Shown here: one piece after another, positions 45,796 through 54,847 of the stretch
Layout: each line of letters opens with the position of its first letter
Position numbering within the stretch: the stretch's first letter is position 1
From: Variovorax sp.
GTDB lineage: Bacteria > Pseudomonadota > Gammaproteobacteria > Burkholderiales > Burkholderiaceae_C
NCBI GenBank assembly: GCA_031418715.1
Contig: JANOJL010000003.1
Coordinates: 58,201-122,200 of the forward strand
Reading direction: 5' to 3'
DNA: 64,000 nt
Notes under the pieces: generated by a model
The model's input: only the letters and a program-made list of their open reading frames with translations
The model's database searches: none
What the model was told of the DNA's origin: nothing
Position numbers and translations under genes: made by a program

Positions 45796-46186
45796 AAAAG
45801 ACGGCGAAGTGGTCAAGCGAAGTTGCGTGTGTACAGCAGCTCTGATGTGACATGGCGGAGAGAATGTCACGCGATGACAGGCTAGCCGTCCACACGACAG
45901 GTTACAGGTAGTTAGGCTTCAGTCTTTTCATTGAGTTTTGCCACCAGTAATTCTTAAGTATTCAAAAACACCCTTCGTGCTTGAATGGTCTCTCAAATTA
46001 TTGGAAAAGAACACGAAAAGGGGATTCCCTCTTGCCTCCAATTCGTTTCTAATGACGTTAATGAGTGTGCAGGTGCATTGAGTGTTATTTTTTGCACTAT
46101 CGCAAGATGCCAAGCTGCCCAGCTTTTATTTAAGTTTCAAGCCGTCGAGGAGTGTTATGCGTTATCACATCGAAGTTTCAAAAAAA

Positions 46187-47521
46187 ATGAAGCCCCAGCC
46201 CCATCTGCTGGCGATTGCAACGGCCATGGTCGTTGCGGGTCTATTCAGCGCCCCGGCACAGGCTGTGGTCGATGCACCCGTGCGCGAAGCCATGGAAGCG
46301 GTGAACGCCAAACAAGCGCAGAAAGCGTTTGATCTGCTTTCGCCGTTGGAAGGTACGCGCGCAGGCGATCCTGATTTCGACAGCGCCTTAGGCATTGCTG
46401 CCAATGACGTCGGTCAGTTCGCTCGAGCCATCTTCGCGCTAGAGCGCGTTCTTGCGGTACAGCCCAACAACAACCGAGCGCGTGCAGAGCTTGCAAGAGC
46501 CATGTTTGCCGTGGGCGATACCGCCAATGCTCGCAAGTTGTTGCAAGAAACCAAAGAGCAAGGTGTGCCAGACAGCGTTGGCCGCACCATTGATGAGTTT
46601 TTGCAGGCGATTGACAAGGTAGACGAAGCGGGTCGCTCTTCAATGAAGTTGCATCTGGAAGCTGGCATCGGGTATGACTCGAATGTGAACAGTGGTCCAT
46701 CGAGCAACAGTTTTGCCGTTCCTTTGTTTGGCGGTGCGGTATTTACGCTTTTGCCTGCTGCACAAAAAACCGATGCATCCTATCTGCACTTAGGCGCAGG
46801 TGTTTCTGGCCGAGCCAACTTAGCCCCACGCTGGTCTTTCATTGGTAATGCGAGCGCCAGCATCCGCAAGCATGGCAACAGCGCCAGCGCCTTCAACATC
46901 GATCAGATCGACGGCAGCGTAGGCGCGAGTTATCGCGAAGAGCGCAACGAGTTCTCTGGCGTGTTCAACCTTGGCCAAACCGCGATCGGTGGCAGCACAC
47001 TGCGCCAAATCACGGGTCTGACTGGCGAATGGACGCATCGCCCAGACGGCACACGGCAATGGGGCACCTATTTACAACTGTCCAACCTCGACTACCCATC
47101 ACAACCCATTCGAGATGCGCGCCGCACAGTGCTCGGCACCAGTTATGCTCAGCAGCTCAAGAGCGGCATGATTTATTATGTGGGCGGCTATGTCGGGCAA
47201 GAAAGCGAGAAAAGTGCATTGGCGCCACACCTCGGGCACAAGCTTTCAGGACTGCGTGCGGGTTTCCAGATGCCCATCCATCCACAATGGAGCATCTATA
47301 CGTCTGCTGCAATTGAAAGTCGCAACTACGGTGGCCTCGAACCACTTTTTCTGATCACTCGGCGTGACATTCAATTCGATCTGAGCATAGGCGCCTCTTG
47401 GAAAATGAGCGAGAACTGGAATATCAAACCCCAGATCAATTTCAATCGCAGCGACTCCAACATCCCCACCAACGACAGCAGCAAATCCAGCGTGAGCGTC
47501 ATTGCTCGCCGTGAGTTTTAA
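46187..47521 (+). CDS. Slam-like outer-membrane protein (periplasmic TPR region + DUF560-type beta-barrel)
   Basis: Signal peptide MKPQPHLLAIATAMVVAGLFSAPAQA. A TPR-like helical region spans ~30-170. Alternating beta-strand segments follow, starting LHLEAGIGYDSNVNSGP and ending in an aromatic terminus (...ARREF). The size and architecture match surface lipoprotein assembly modifier proteins. Confidence 0.65.
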   Translation: MKPQPHLLAIATAMVVAGLFSAPAQAVVDAPVREAMEAVNAKQAQKAFDLLSPLEGTRAGDPDFDSALGIAANDVGQFARAIFALERVLAVQPNNNRARAELARAMFAVGDTANARKLLQETKEQGVPDSVGRTIDEFLQAIDKVDEAGRSSMKLHLEAGIGYDSNVNSGPSSNSFAVPLFGGAVFTLLPAAQKTDASYLHLGAGVSGRANLAPRWSFIGNASASIRKHGNSASAFNIDQIDGSVGASYREERNEFSGVFNLGQTAIGGSTLRQITGLTGEWTHRPDGTRQWGTYLQLSNLDYPSQPIRDARRTVLGTSYAQQLKSGMIYYVGGYVGQESEKSALAPHLGHKLSGLRAGFQMPIHPQWSIYTSAAIESRNYGGLEPLFLITRRDIQFDLSIGASWKMSENWNIKPQINFNRSDSNIPTNDSSKSSVSVIARREF

Positions 47522-47543
47522 ATTCAGTCCAGGAGAACATATC

Positions 47544-49811
47544 ATGCGCCGCACTCCCAGTCTTCAGACCACCGCCCTCATTGCCGCTTTGGCGAGTATT
47601 TATCCGTTGCAAGTGTTTGCCAATGCTGGCGTGACGCAATTTAGCATTGGAGATGTGAGCGTCCAGCGCTCCGCTGCAAGCACTCCCTTGGCAAACGGCA
47701 GCCGCATCGACAGTGGTGATCTGATCACCACCGGCAGTTCTGGTCGCACCCAATTGCGCTTCACAGACGGCGGCATGGTCTCGCTGCAGCCCAACTCGCA
47801 ATTCAAAATCACCAGCTACAGCGATGCGAGTGCGGGTAAGCAAGACAGCTTCTTGGTAGATCTCGCTCGCGGAGGTATGCGCGCCCTCACCGGCCTGATC
47901 GGCAAACGCAATCGCGATAACTACAAAGTCACCACCACCACCGCCACTATCGGCATCCGTGGCTCAGGCTTTTCTATGGCCTACAACCCCGATGGCACTC
48001 TAGGCGTGACCACCGAGCAAGATGCCATTGAAGTTTGCACGCAAGCGGGCTGTATCGGCCTTAACTTAGGTGAATCTGCCCTCGTCACTTCCGCCAACGC
48101 CCTACCCACCCGCACCAACCAACGTGCGCACTGGAATCCACCCAACCCACGCCGCCTCATCACGGCACGCAACGATGACACCGATAACGAAGGTAGAAAC
48201 AAATACATCGTCAATACAGGTTTGGCCTTCACTGGCGCTGGTATCGGCGAGTCCGGAGGCGATCCTCGTGTATTTTTAAACGGCGCGGCTGTACGAGACG
48301 CCAATGGCAACATCGTCGGCTATTTAGGCCGCAACAATGACCGCGCACAAGGTGGTACGGCAACTGAATTTGAAAACGGAACAACCGGAACTCAAGCTGG
48401 AGGCGACTTGATGATTCTCGGCTCTTGGGAAAACGTCAGCTGGGGCGGTACCAGCCCTGGCACGCTATCGCAATCGGGTTTTGTGCTTGGGCAACCGACC
48501 CCCGAGTCAGCATTTTCTACTGCTGTAGATCGCAGAGCTCGGTATGACCTAACCATCGGCACGCCCGTTTATTCCTCAAATGGAGTCTCAGGAATGCTGC
48601 TGAGTTCAAGCAACGTGATTGTCGATTTCAGAAGTGCCTTTGGTGCGATGGACATCAATTTGGATGTCAGGATGCCCTCTGGCTTTGAAATACTCGACGG
48701 TCAATCTTTGCCTCCCCCCTTAGCCCAAGATTACAACCTGCGCGGCTCTGCTACAGCTACCAGCGCAGGCTTTTCCAGTGTATTAGGCGTCACGGCAGTG
48801 GGTAGAGGATATGAAAACCCGATTGTAGAAATTGCAGGGCCCGCGAACACCGCAGGGACAGGCTCTGTTACGGGCTTCTTCGGCGGCCCACAAGCAGGCA
48901 CAATTGGCTTGAGTTACAACGCGACTATTGGCAGCAATGGATACAACAGCTCAATCGCGGGCGCAGGTATATTCACACGAGGCAGTGGATCGAGCACTAT
49001 TGCCCAAGAGACTGTCGCGTTGCCAGCTTCCGGCCCTTTCTCTAGTCAATTGCACGCCTTGGATGGCTCGGACTTCTTCTCTGTGGATGCCGGTGAAGGC
49101 AACAGTGTTTTCTTTCCTAGCTCTTCATGCTGCTCATCTAGCTCGACAGGCAGCGTAGTTTTCTCAGGAACTCAGCTGCGCAGCTGGGAGAGCGGATCGA
49201 TTGGTTTTAACGAGGGAAATATAAGTGCTTCCCCCGCTCCTTCAGGCGCTTCTGTCCTACAGTATGGCGCTTTTGGCCAGCCGACTGATAGCCATTTTTT
49301 AGGTTGGGGAGCTTGGCAAACAGGCGTTACAGAGAAATTGAATGTCAACAGCGGATATTCTCAAAATCTAACGGCTGTGCATTATGTGATTGGTAAGCCT
49401 AGTTACAACAGTGATGGTTGGACAGGTTCAGCCACCTACAGTTTCATCGGAGGCACGAATCCCACGGCGACCAACTCCAGTGGCACGGCTGTTGGCAATA
49501 TCTCTTCCGCAAGCAATCTGGCAATTAACTTTGGTTCCAGTCCAACAGTCACAGCTAATATATTTCTGTCCTTCAATGGCACACCTGTAACGATCAATCA
49601 AACAGGTACTTTGGGTGGCAACTCTGGCTCCTCTGGAAACATTTATTCAACTGGCAATTCAGCCGACGGCCAGTTTTCTGGCATTCTGTCTGGCAGCCAA
49701 GCAGAACGAGCCGGCATTGTTTACGGCATCAACCACAGCACATTAGGAGCGGTTCGAGGAGCGGCAGCGTTTCAAACAGCCACACCTCCATCAAGAAATA
49801 ATTTGAATTAA
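47544..49811 (+). CDS. Secreted FecR-domain protein with two TbpB-like (handle/8-strand barrel) modules; S/T/G-rich
   Basis: AGGAGA lies upstream of the ATG. The SPase I-type signal peptide (...PLQVFA-NAG) has no lipobox. A FecR-like domain is present (GDVSVQR...GDLITTGSSGRTQLRFTDGGMVSLQPNSQF...ATIGIRGSGF). Two segments end in the TbpB/fHbp-type barrel pattern: GSVTGFFGGPQAGTIGLSY...IAGAGIFTR and GQFSGILSGSQAERAGIVYGI...VRGAAAFQ. Confidence 0.6.
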   Translation: MRRTPSLQTTALIAALASIYPLQVFANAGVTQFSIGDVSVQRSAASTPLANGSRIDSGDLITTGSSGRTQLRFTDGGMVSLQPNSQFKITSYSDASAGKQDSFLVDLARGGMRALTGLIGKRNRDNYKVTTTTATIGIRGSGFSMAYNPDGTLGVTTEQDAIEVCTQAGCIGLNLGESALVTSANALPTRTNQRAHWNPPNPRRLITARNDDTDNEGRNKYIVNTGLAFTGAGIGESGGDPRVFLNGAAVRDANGNIVGYLGRNNDRAQGGTATEFENGTTGTQAGGDLMILGSWENVSWGGTSPGTLSQSGFVLGQPTPESAFSTAVDRRARYDLTIGTPVYSSNGVSGMLLSSSNVIVDFRSAFGAMDINLDVRMPSGFEILDGQSLPPPLAQDYNLRGSATATSAGFSSVLGVTAVGRGYENPIVEIAGPANTAGTGSVTGFFGGPQAGTIGLSYNATIGSNGYNSSIAGAGIFTRGSGSSTIAQETVALPASGPFSSQLHALDGSDFFSVDAGEGNSVFFPSSSCCSSSSTGSVVFSGTQLRSWESGSIGFNEGNISASPAPSGASVLQYGAFGQPTDSHFLGWGAWQTGVTEKLNVNSGYSQNLTAVHYVIGKPSYNSDGWTGSATYSFIGGTNPTATNSSGTAVGNISSASNLAINFGSSPTVTANIFLSFNGTPVTINQTGTLGGNSGSSGNIYSTGNSADGQFSGILSGSQAERAGIVYGINHSTLGAVRGAAAFQTATPPSRNNLN

Positions 49812-49854
49812 TAAATTCATTCAGGGCGACTTCAGATGACGTGATGCAGGCATC

Positions 49855-51963
49855 TTGTTTTCTTTAGAACAGCAATTCACACAAGCCAAGGATTTCCAGC
49901 AAGCAGGTCATTTTGCTGAGGCCTTGGCTTTATTTGGCATACTCGCCAAAAATAACCCCCACCACGCTAGATTTCAGTTCGAACAAGGCAACTTATTGAA
50001 TGCTTTGGCTCATTCTGAGCAGGCCTTAGATTGCTATACCAAGGCTCTTGCCTTGGATGAGAATTTTCCCGGCCTCAAAAACAATCTGGGCAACACTTGG
50101 CTAGATCTAGGTCAGCCTGCCAAAGCATTGCAATGTTTTGATGAAATTTTGGCGAAGCAACCGCAAGATGCCAATGCCTTGAATAACCGAGGCACGGCAC
50201 TTCGCGACCTCAAGCAACCAGAATTGGCATTGGTCAGTTATGAAAAAGCTCTAGCCATTGCGCCGAACAACGTCGAAGCGTTGAACAATCACGGAAATCA
50301 GTTGCTAGAACTCAATCAGCCGGAGCAAGCACTCAAGAGCTATCAGCGCGCTTACCGACTATCACCTCATTTTCACATCACCCATCGTAATGCTGCGAGA
50401 GCATTGCTAGCGATTCATCGCCCCAATGAGGCCATGAAGTTGTTGGACCTTGCTCTTCAAACACTGTCTCAAGATGCGTTCACTTGGATGTATCGTGGGG
50501 ATGCATTGCGCCAAATGCAGCGCTTTGAGGAAGCCATTGCTTCCTATGAGCGTGCGCTGAGCATCCAACCTGCACTTGACTTCCTCCCGGGTCTGAAGCT
50601 TTATCTAAAAATGCAGATTTGCGATTGGAACGATTGGCCTCAGGCCATCGAAGATCTTAAAACTGCGCTCAAAGAAGGTAGGCGCTACACAGTGCCCATG
50701 CCCATGCTTGGTTTCTTGGACATTCCTGCTCTGCAACTGGCGGCTTCACATATTTATATGTCTGGCCATACCGCCCCAGTAAGCATGAAGAAAGAATCGG
50801 CGGTCTCTCCGCATTTAAGCAGCGTTAAACAGGCAACCAAGAAAATTAAATTGGGCTACTTTTCTGCTCATTTCCATGAGCACCCAACAGGCAGGCTGAT
50901 GGCTGAAATCTTTGAGCGGCATGATCGAAGTCAATTTGAAGTTTATGCATTCTCATTCGGCGTGCCTGCACGGGATTCAGTCCGTCAGAGACTCATTGCC
51001 GCATTTGATGAGTTCATCGATGTGACAACCCAAAGTGACGAGCAAGTTGTCCGGCTCTCTCAACAGATGGGTATTGACATCGCGATTGATCTTACGGGCT
51101 ACTACGATCAGTCACGACCCGGTTTATTTGCTCGCCGATGCGCACCGATTCAAGTGAGTTATTTGATCACTCCCGGCACTTTGGGCATGTCATATTGGGA
51201 TTACTTGATAGCGGATTCCGTCGTTGTTCCACCAGCGTCTTTCCCTCACTTTTCTGAGCAAATCGTACATCTACCGAGTTGCTACTTCACTTTTGATTCC
51301 AAGCAAACCATCTCCGAACGGATCTTCACACGCAAAGAACTAGGTCTACCCGATGACGGTTTTGTATTTTGCTGTTTCAATAACAGCTACAAAATCACCC
51401 CGCCAGTATTCGATATTTGGATGCGAATTCTACATAGTGCGCCAGATAGTGTGCTTTGGCTGTTTGAGTCGAATCACAGTGTTCCTCACCAGCTCAAACG
51501 AGAGGCCACTCTGAGAGGTATTGATCCAGAGAGACTCATTTTCTCCAAGGTCGCGAAACTCGATGAGCATTTAGCCAGGCAGCAATTGGCTGATTTGTTT
51601 TTAGACACATGGCCATGTAATGCGCACACCACAGCTTGTGATGCTCTATTTTCAGGTCTACCTGTGTTAACCCACCCAGGGCAATCCTTTGCGAGCAGAG
51701 TGGCAGCAAGCATGCTGACCACGCTGAACTTGCCTCAACTCATTGCTGAATCTCCTCAAGCCTATGAGTCAATGGCTCTAGAGTATGCCAATCAACCCAG
51801 TCGACTCGTCGCCATGAGAGAGCAGCTTCTTCAATCTCGCCATCATAGTCCGCTGTTCTCAGGAGCAATCAAGGCGCGCGAGCTAGAGTCTGCCTATATC
51901 GCCATGACAGAGCGACAAAGAAAAGGGCTTGATCCAGCCCATTTCCAAGTAGCGCGTTGCTAA
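49855..51963 (+). CDS. TPR-repeat protein with C-terminal GT41 (O-GlcNAc-transferase/SPINDLY-like) glycosyltransferase domain
   Basis: N-terminal TPRs (repeated ...A...Y.KAL...P....A.NN.G). The C-terminal half has KIKLGYFSAHFHEHPTGRLM, IQVSYLITPGTLGMSYWDYLIAD and FVFCCFNNSYKITPPVFDIWMRIL, typical of bacterial OGT-like enzymes. No signal peptide. TTG start per the track. Confidence 0.75.
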   Translation: MFSLEQQFTQAKDFQQAGHFAEALALFGILAKNNPHHARFQFEQGNLLNALAHSEQALDCYTKALALDENFPGLKNNLGNTWLDLGQPAKALQCFDEILAKQPQDANALNNRGTALRDLKQPELALVSYEKALAIAPNNVEALNNHGNQLLELNQPEQALKSYQRAYRLSPHFHITHRNAARALLAIHRPNEAMKLLDLALQTLSQDAFTWMYRGDALRQMQRFEEAIASYERALSIQPALDFLPGLKLYLKMQICDWNDWPQAIEDLKTALKEGRRYTVPMPMLGFLDIPALQLAASHIYMSGHTAPVSMKKESAVSPHLSSVKQATKKIKLGYFSAHFHEHPTGRLMAEIFERHDRSQFEVYAFSFGVPARDSVRQRLIAAFDEFIDVTTQSDEQVVRLSQQMGIDIAIDLTGYYDQSRPGLFARRCAPIQVSYLITPGTLGMSYWDYLIADSVVVPPASFPHFSEQIVHLPSCYFTFDSKQTISERIFTRKELGLPDDGFVFCCFNNSYKITPPVFDIWMRILHSAPDSVLWLFESNHSVPHQLKREATLRGIDPERLIFSKVAKLDEHLARQQLADLFLDTWPCNAHTTACDALFSGLPVLTHPGQSFASRVAASMLTTLNLPQLIAESPQAYESMALEYANQPSRLVAMREQLLQSRHHSPLFSGAIKARELESAYIAMTERQRKGLDPAHFQVARC

Positions 51964-51983
51964 AACCTTCTACTTGAGTAATA

Positions 51984-52031
51984 AATTCAATAGCAATCTG
52001 CGCAGTCTCTACAGCCACCTTTGTTTGAAGA
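51984..52031 (+). repeat. Family-A repeat, copy 13 (degenerate)
   Basis: aaattcaatagcaatctgcgcagtctctacagccacctttgtttgaagatc, between the GT41 and polA stops. Confidence 0.5.
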
Positions 52032-54800
52032 TCAATGCGCCTGATCCCAATTCGCTCCGACACCCACTTCCGCCAGCAGCGGCACTTTGAGCTGCGCGAC
52101 GCTGGCCATGAGGCGGGGGATTTCCACCTTCAACCAATCCAGCTCTGATTCGGGCACTTCAAAGACCAATTCGTCATGCACCTGCATGATCATCTTGGTT
52201 TTGAGGGCGAGTCTATCGAGCTCGCGCTGCACGGCGTTCATGCTGAGTTTGATGAGATCGGCGGCTGTGCCTTGCATCGGTGCGTTGATCGCGGCGCGCT
52301 CTGCGCCAGCACGGCGTGGGCCATTGGGGCTGTTGATCTCAGGAAGGTAGAGGCGGCGGCCAAGCACGGTTTCGACGTAGCCTTTGGCTTTGGCAGACAG
52401 GCGCGTCTCGTCCATGTATTGCTTCACACCTGCAAAGCGAGCAAAGTAACGCTCGATGTAATTCTTTGCAGCCGTGTTGTCGATGCTGAGCGCTTTGGCC
52501 AAGCCGAAAGCGCTCATGCCGTAGATCAGGCCGAAGTTGATCACCTTGGCATAGCGGCGTTGCTCGCTGCTCACATCGCTGGCGGATAAGCCGAATACTT
52601 CAGCTGCTGTGGCGCGGTGGACGTCAATGCCATCGGTAAACGCCTTGATCAGCGCTTCATCGCCGCTGATGTGCGCCATGATGCGCAGCTCGATTTGAGA
52701 GTAATCTGCGCTGGCGATCAGGCAGCCTGGAGGCGCAACGAAAGCTTCGCGCACGCGGCGGCCTTCCGCTGTTTTGACGGGGATGTTTTGCAGATTGGGG
52801 TCATTGCTCGACAAACGGCCTGTGACTGCCACTGCTTGCGCGTAATGCGTGTGCACGCGGCCTGTGCGCGGATGGGCGAGTTGGCCGAGTTTGTCGGTGT
52901 ACGTACCTTTGAGCTTGGAAATGCCTCGGTGCTCCAAGATTTTTGCGGGCAGCGGGTAATCTTCTGCGAGTTTTTCTAAGACTTCTTCGTCGGTGCTCGG
53001 TGCGCCGGTAGCGGTTTTCTTCACGATGGGCAAGCCCAGTTTGGTGAAGAAAATTTCGCCGATTTGCTTTGGAGAAGCGAGGTTAAAAGGCTGCCCGGCC
53101 AGATCATGCGCCTCAGATTCGAGCTGCATGATGCGCTGCCCTAGTTCGTGGCTCTGCGCGGCAAGCAGCTGCGCATCAATCATCACGCCGTTGCGTTCAA
53201 TGCGATACAGGCTTTCCGAACTTTCGATTTCCAGCTCATAAATCCCGCGCAGCTTCTCATTGGCCTGCAGCTTCGGCCAGAGCGCCAGATGCACATCCAG
53301 CGTTTGATCGGAATCTTCGCAGGAGTATTCAGAAGCTTTCTCAATATCGACCTGCGAGAAAGAAATCTGATGCACCCCTTTGCCGCACAGATCTTCATAG
53401 CTGATGCCACTCCGCCCCACATGCCGCTCTGCAAGGCTGGTTAAGTTATGCGGCCTATGTACTTCCAACACGTAGCTTTGCAGCATCGTGTCATGCACAT
53501 AGCCCTGCACTTCAACACCGTGGTTGGCAAACACATGACGGTCGTATTTCACATGCTGGCCAAGTTTTGGGTGTTTTGCATCTTCCAGCCAAGGCTTGAG
53601 TTTGGCGAGCACCTCGTTGATGGGCAGCTGATCTGGCGCATCGGCGTAGGTGTGGGCGAGCGGAATATAAGCCGCCTCGCCGGGCGTGATACTGAAGCTG
53701 ATGCCTACGATCTGCGCCTGCATTTCGTGCAGCGAAGTGGTTTCGGTATCTAGCGCCGTGAGCTCAGCCGCTTTGATTTTTTCATGCCAAGCATCGAAGG
53801 CTTCCCAAGTGAGGATGGTGTCGTATTTTTTATCACTCACCGCAGATACGACGGGCGCTTCCTCTGCAAACAAATCATCCATCGCTGGGGCGGGAGCGTA
53901 GGCAGCAGATTTCTTGCCCAGGCCTGCCACCAGTCCCTTGAACCCATATTTTAAGTAAAAATCGCCTAATTCCGTTGTATTATCTGCGCCAAGTGCTACT
54001 GAATTCATAGCGGGCAGGCCTTCTACATGCCCCGCGAGATCACAATCCGTTTTGATCTTCAGCAACTCGCGACCCTTTGGCAACCATTCCCGAGCCTTGC
54101 GCAAGTTCTCTCCTGCCACACCTTTGATCTCGTCAGCGTGCGCCATCAGATTCTCCAGCGAGCCGTATTCGTTCAGCCATTTCGCTGCGGTCTTGGGCCC
54201 CACTTTTTCCACACCGGGCACGTTGTCCACCGTATCGCCTACGAGGTTTTGATAGTCCAGCATCAGGCTGGGCGGCACGCCGAATTCAGTGGTCACACCG
54301 GCGATATCGCGCTTCTTGCCATTCATCGTGTCGATGATGGTGATGTGTTCGTTCACCAGTTGCGATAAATCTTTGTCGCCACTGGAGATGATCACCTCCA
54401 TGCCTTGTTCTGCACCGATCCGCGCCATCGTGCCGATCACATCATCCGCCTCCACACCCGGCACAGCCACCACCGGCCAGCCCAGCAACCGCATCACCTC
54501 ATGAATCGGCGCAATCTGGCTGCGCAGATCATCGGGCATGGGCGAGCGGTTGGCTTTGTATTCGGGATACAGCGCATCGCGGAAGGTGGGGCCGCTCGCA
54601 TCAAAAATACACACGGCATACGTTGATGGAAACTGTGTGCGAAGCGCCGCCATCATATTGATCATGCCGCGAATCGCTCCCGTGGCCGCGCTGCTCGGAT
54701 CACCGGCCACAGCGCGCAAATCGGGCATCGCATGGAAAGCGCGGTACAGGTAGCTGGAGCCATCCACGAGCAGGAGGCGGTTTTCGGGAGTTTGTGTCAT
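52032..54800 (-). CDS. polA: DNA polymerase I
   Basis: 5'-nuclease domain (LLLVDGSSYLYRAFHA), 3'-5' exonuclease domain and polymerase motifs (DYSQIELRIMAH; QVHDELVFEV). ATG 54800 chosen. Confidence 0.97.
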   Translation of the reverse strand: MTQTPENRLLLVDGSSYLYRAFHAMPDLRAVAGDPSSAATGAIRGMINMMAALRTQFPSTYAVCIFDASGPTFRDALYPEYKANRSPMPDDLRSQIAPIHEVMRLLGWPVVAVPGVEADDVIGTMARIGAEQGMEVIISSGDKDLSQLVNEHITIIDTMNGKKRDIAGVTTEFGVPPSLMLDYQNLVGDTVDNVPGVEKVGPKTAAKWLNEYGSLENLMAHADEIKGVAGENLRKAREWLPKGRELLKIKTDCDLAGHVEGLPAMNSVALGADNTTELGDFYLKYGFKGLVAGLGKKSAAYAPAPAMDDLFAEEAPVVSAVSDKKYDTILTWEAFDAWHEKIKAAELTALDTETTSLHEMQAQIVGISFSITPGEAAYIPLAHTYADAPDQLPINEVLAKLKPWLEDAKHPKLGQHVKYDRHVFANHGVEVQGYVHDTMLQSYVLEVHRPHNLTSLAERHVGRSGISYEDLCGKGVHQISFSQVDIEKASEYSCEDSDQTLDVHLALWPKLQANEKLRGIYELEIESSESLYRIERNGVMIDAQLLAAQSHELGQRIMQLESEAHDLAGQPFNLASPKQIGEIFFTKLGLPIVKKTATGAPSTDEEVLEKLAEDYPLPAKILEHRGISKLKGTYTDKLGQLAHPRTGRVHTHYAQAVAVTGRLSSNDPNLQNIPVKTAEGRRVREAFVAPPGCLIASADYSQIELRIMAHISGDEALIKAFTDGIDVHRATAAEVFGLSASDVSSEQRRYAKVINFGLIYGMSAFGLAKALSIDNTAAKNYIERYFARFAGVKQYMDETRLSAKAKGYVETVLGRRLYLPEINSPNGPRRAGAERAAINAPMQGTAADLIKLSMNAVQRELDRLALKTKMIMQVHDELVFEVPESELDWLKVEIPRLMASVAQLKVPLLAEVGVGANWDQAH

Positions 54801-54847
54801 GCCAGTATTGTCGGTAAATCTGCAAGTCGGAGGCTGAGTATTTTCTA

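Noticed and set aside
45571-45870. Track ORFs in long intergenic regions: 45571..45870(-), 43765..44043(+), 61882..62280(+), 27823..28119(+) and 59603..59917(+).
   Set aside because: They read through repeat elements, DnaA boxes or tandem repeats. For example, 61882..62280 translates the 21-bp repeats as KPTPAC-LKPTPAC-AKPT. They have no Shine-Dalgarno sequence or family signal.
47544-49811. Enrichment of N-x-S/T sequons in the FecR/TbpB-like protein as evidence for HMW1C-type N-glycosylation.
   Set aside because: I counted ~12 non-Pro sequons among ~50 Asn residues. With an S+T content above 20%, that is about the number expected by chance, so it is not evidence in either direction.
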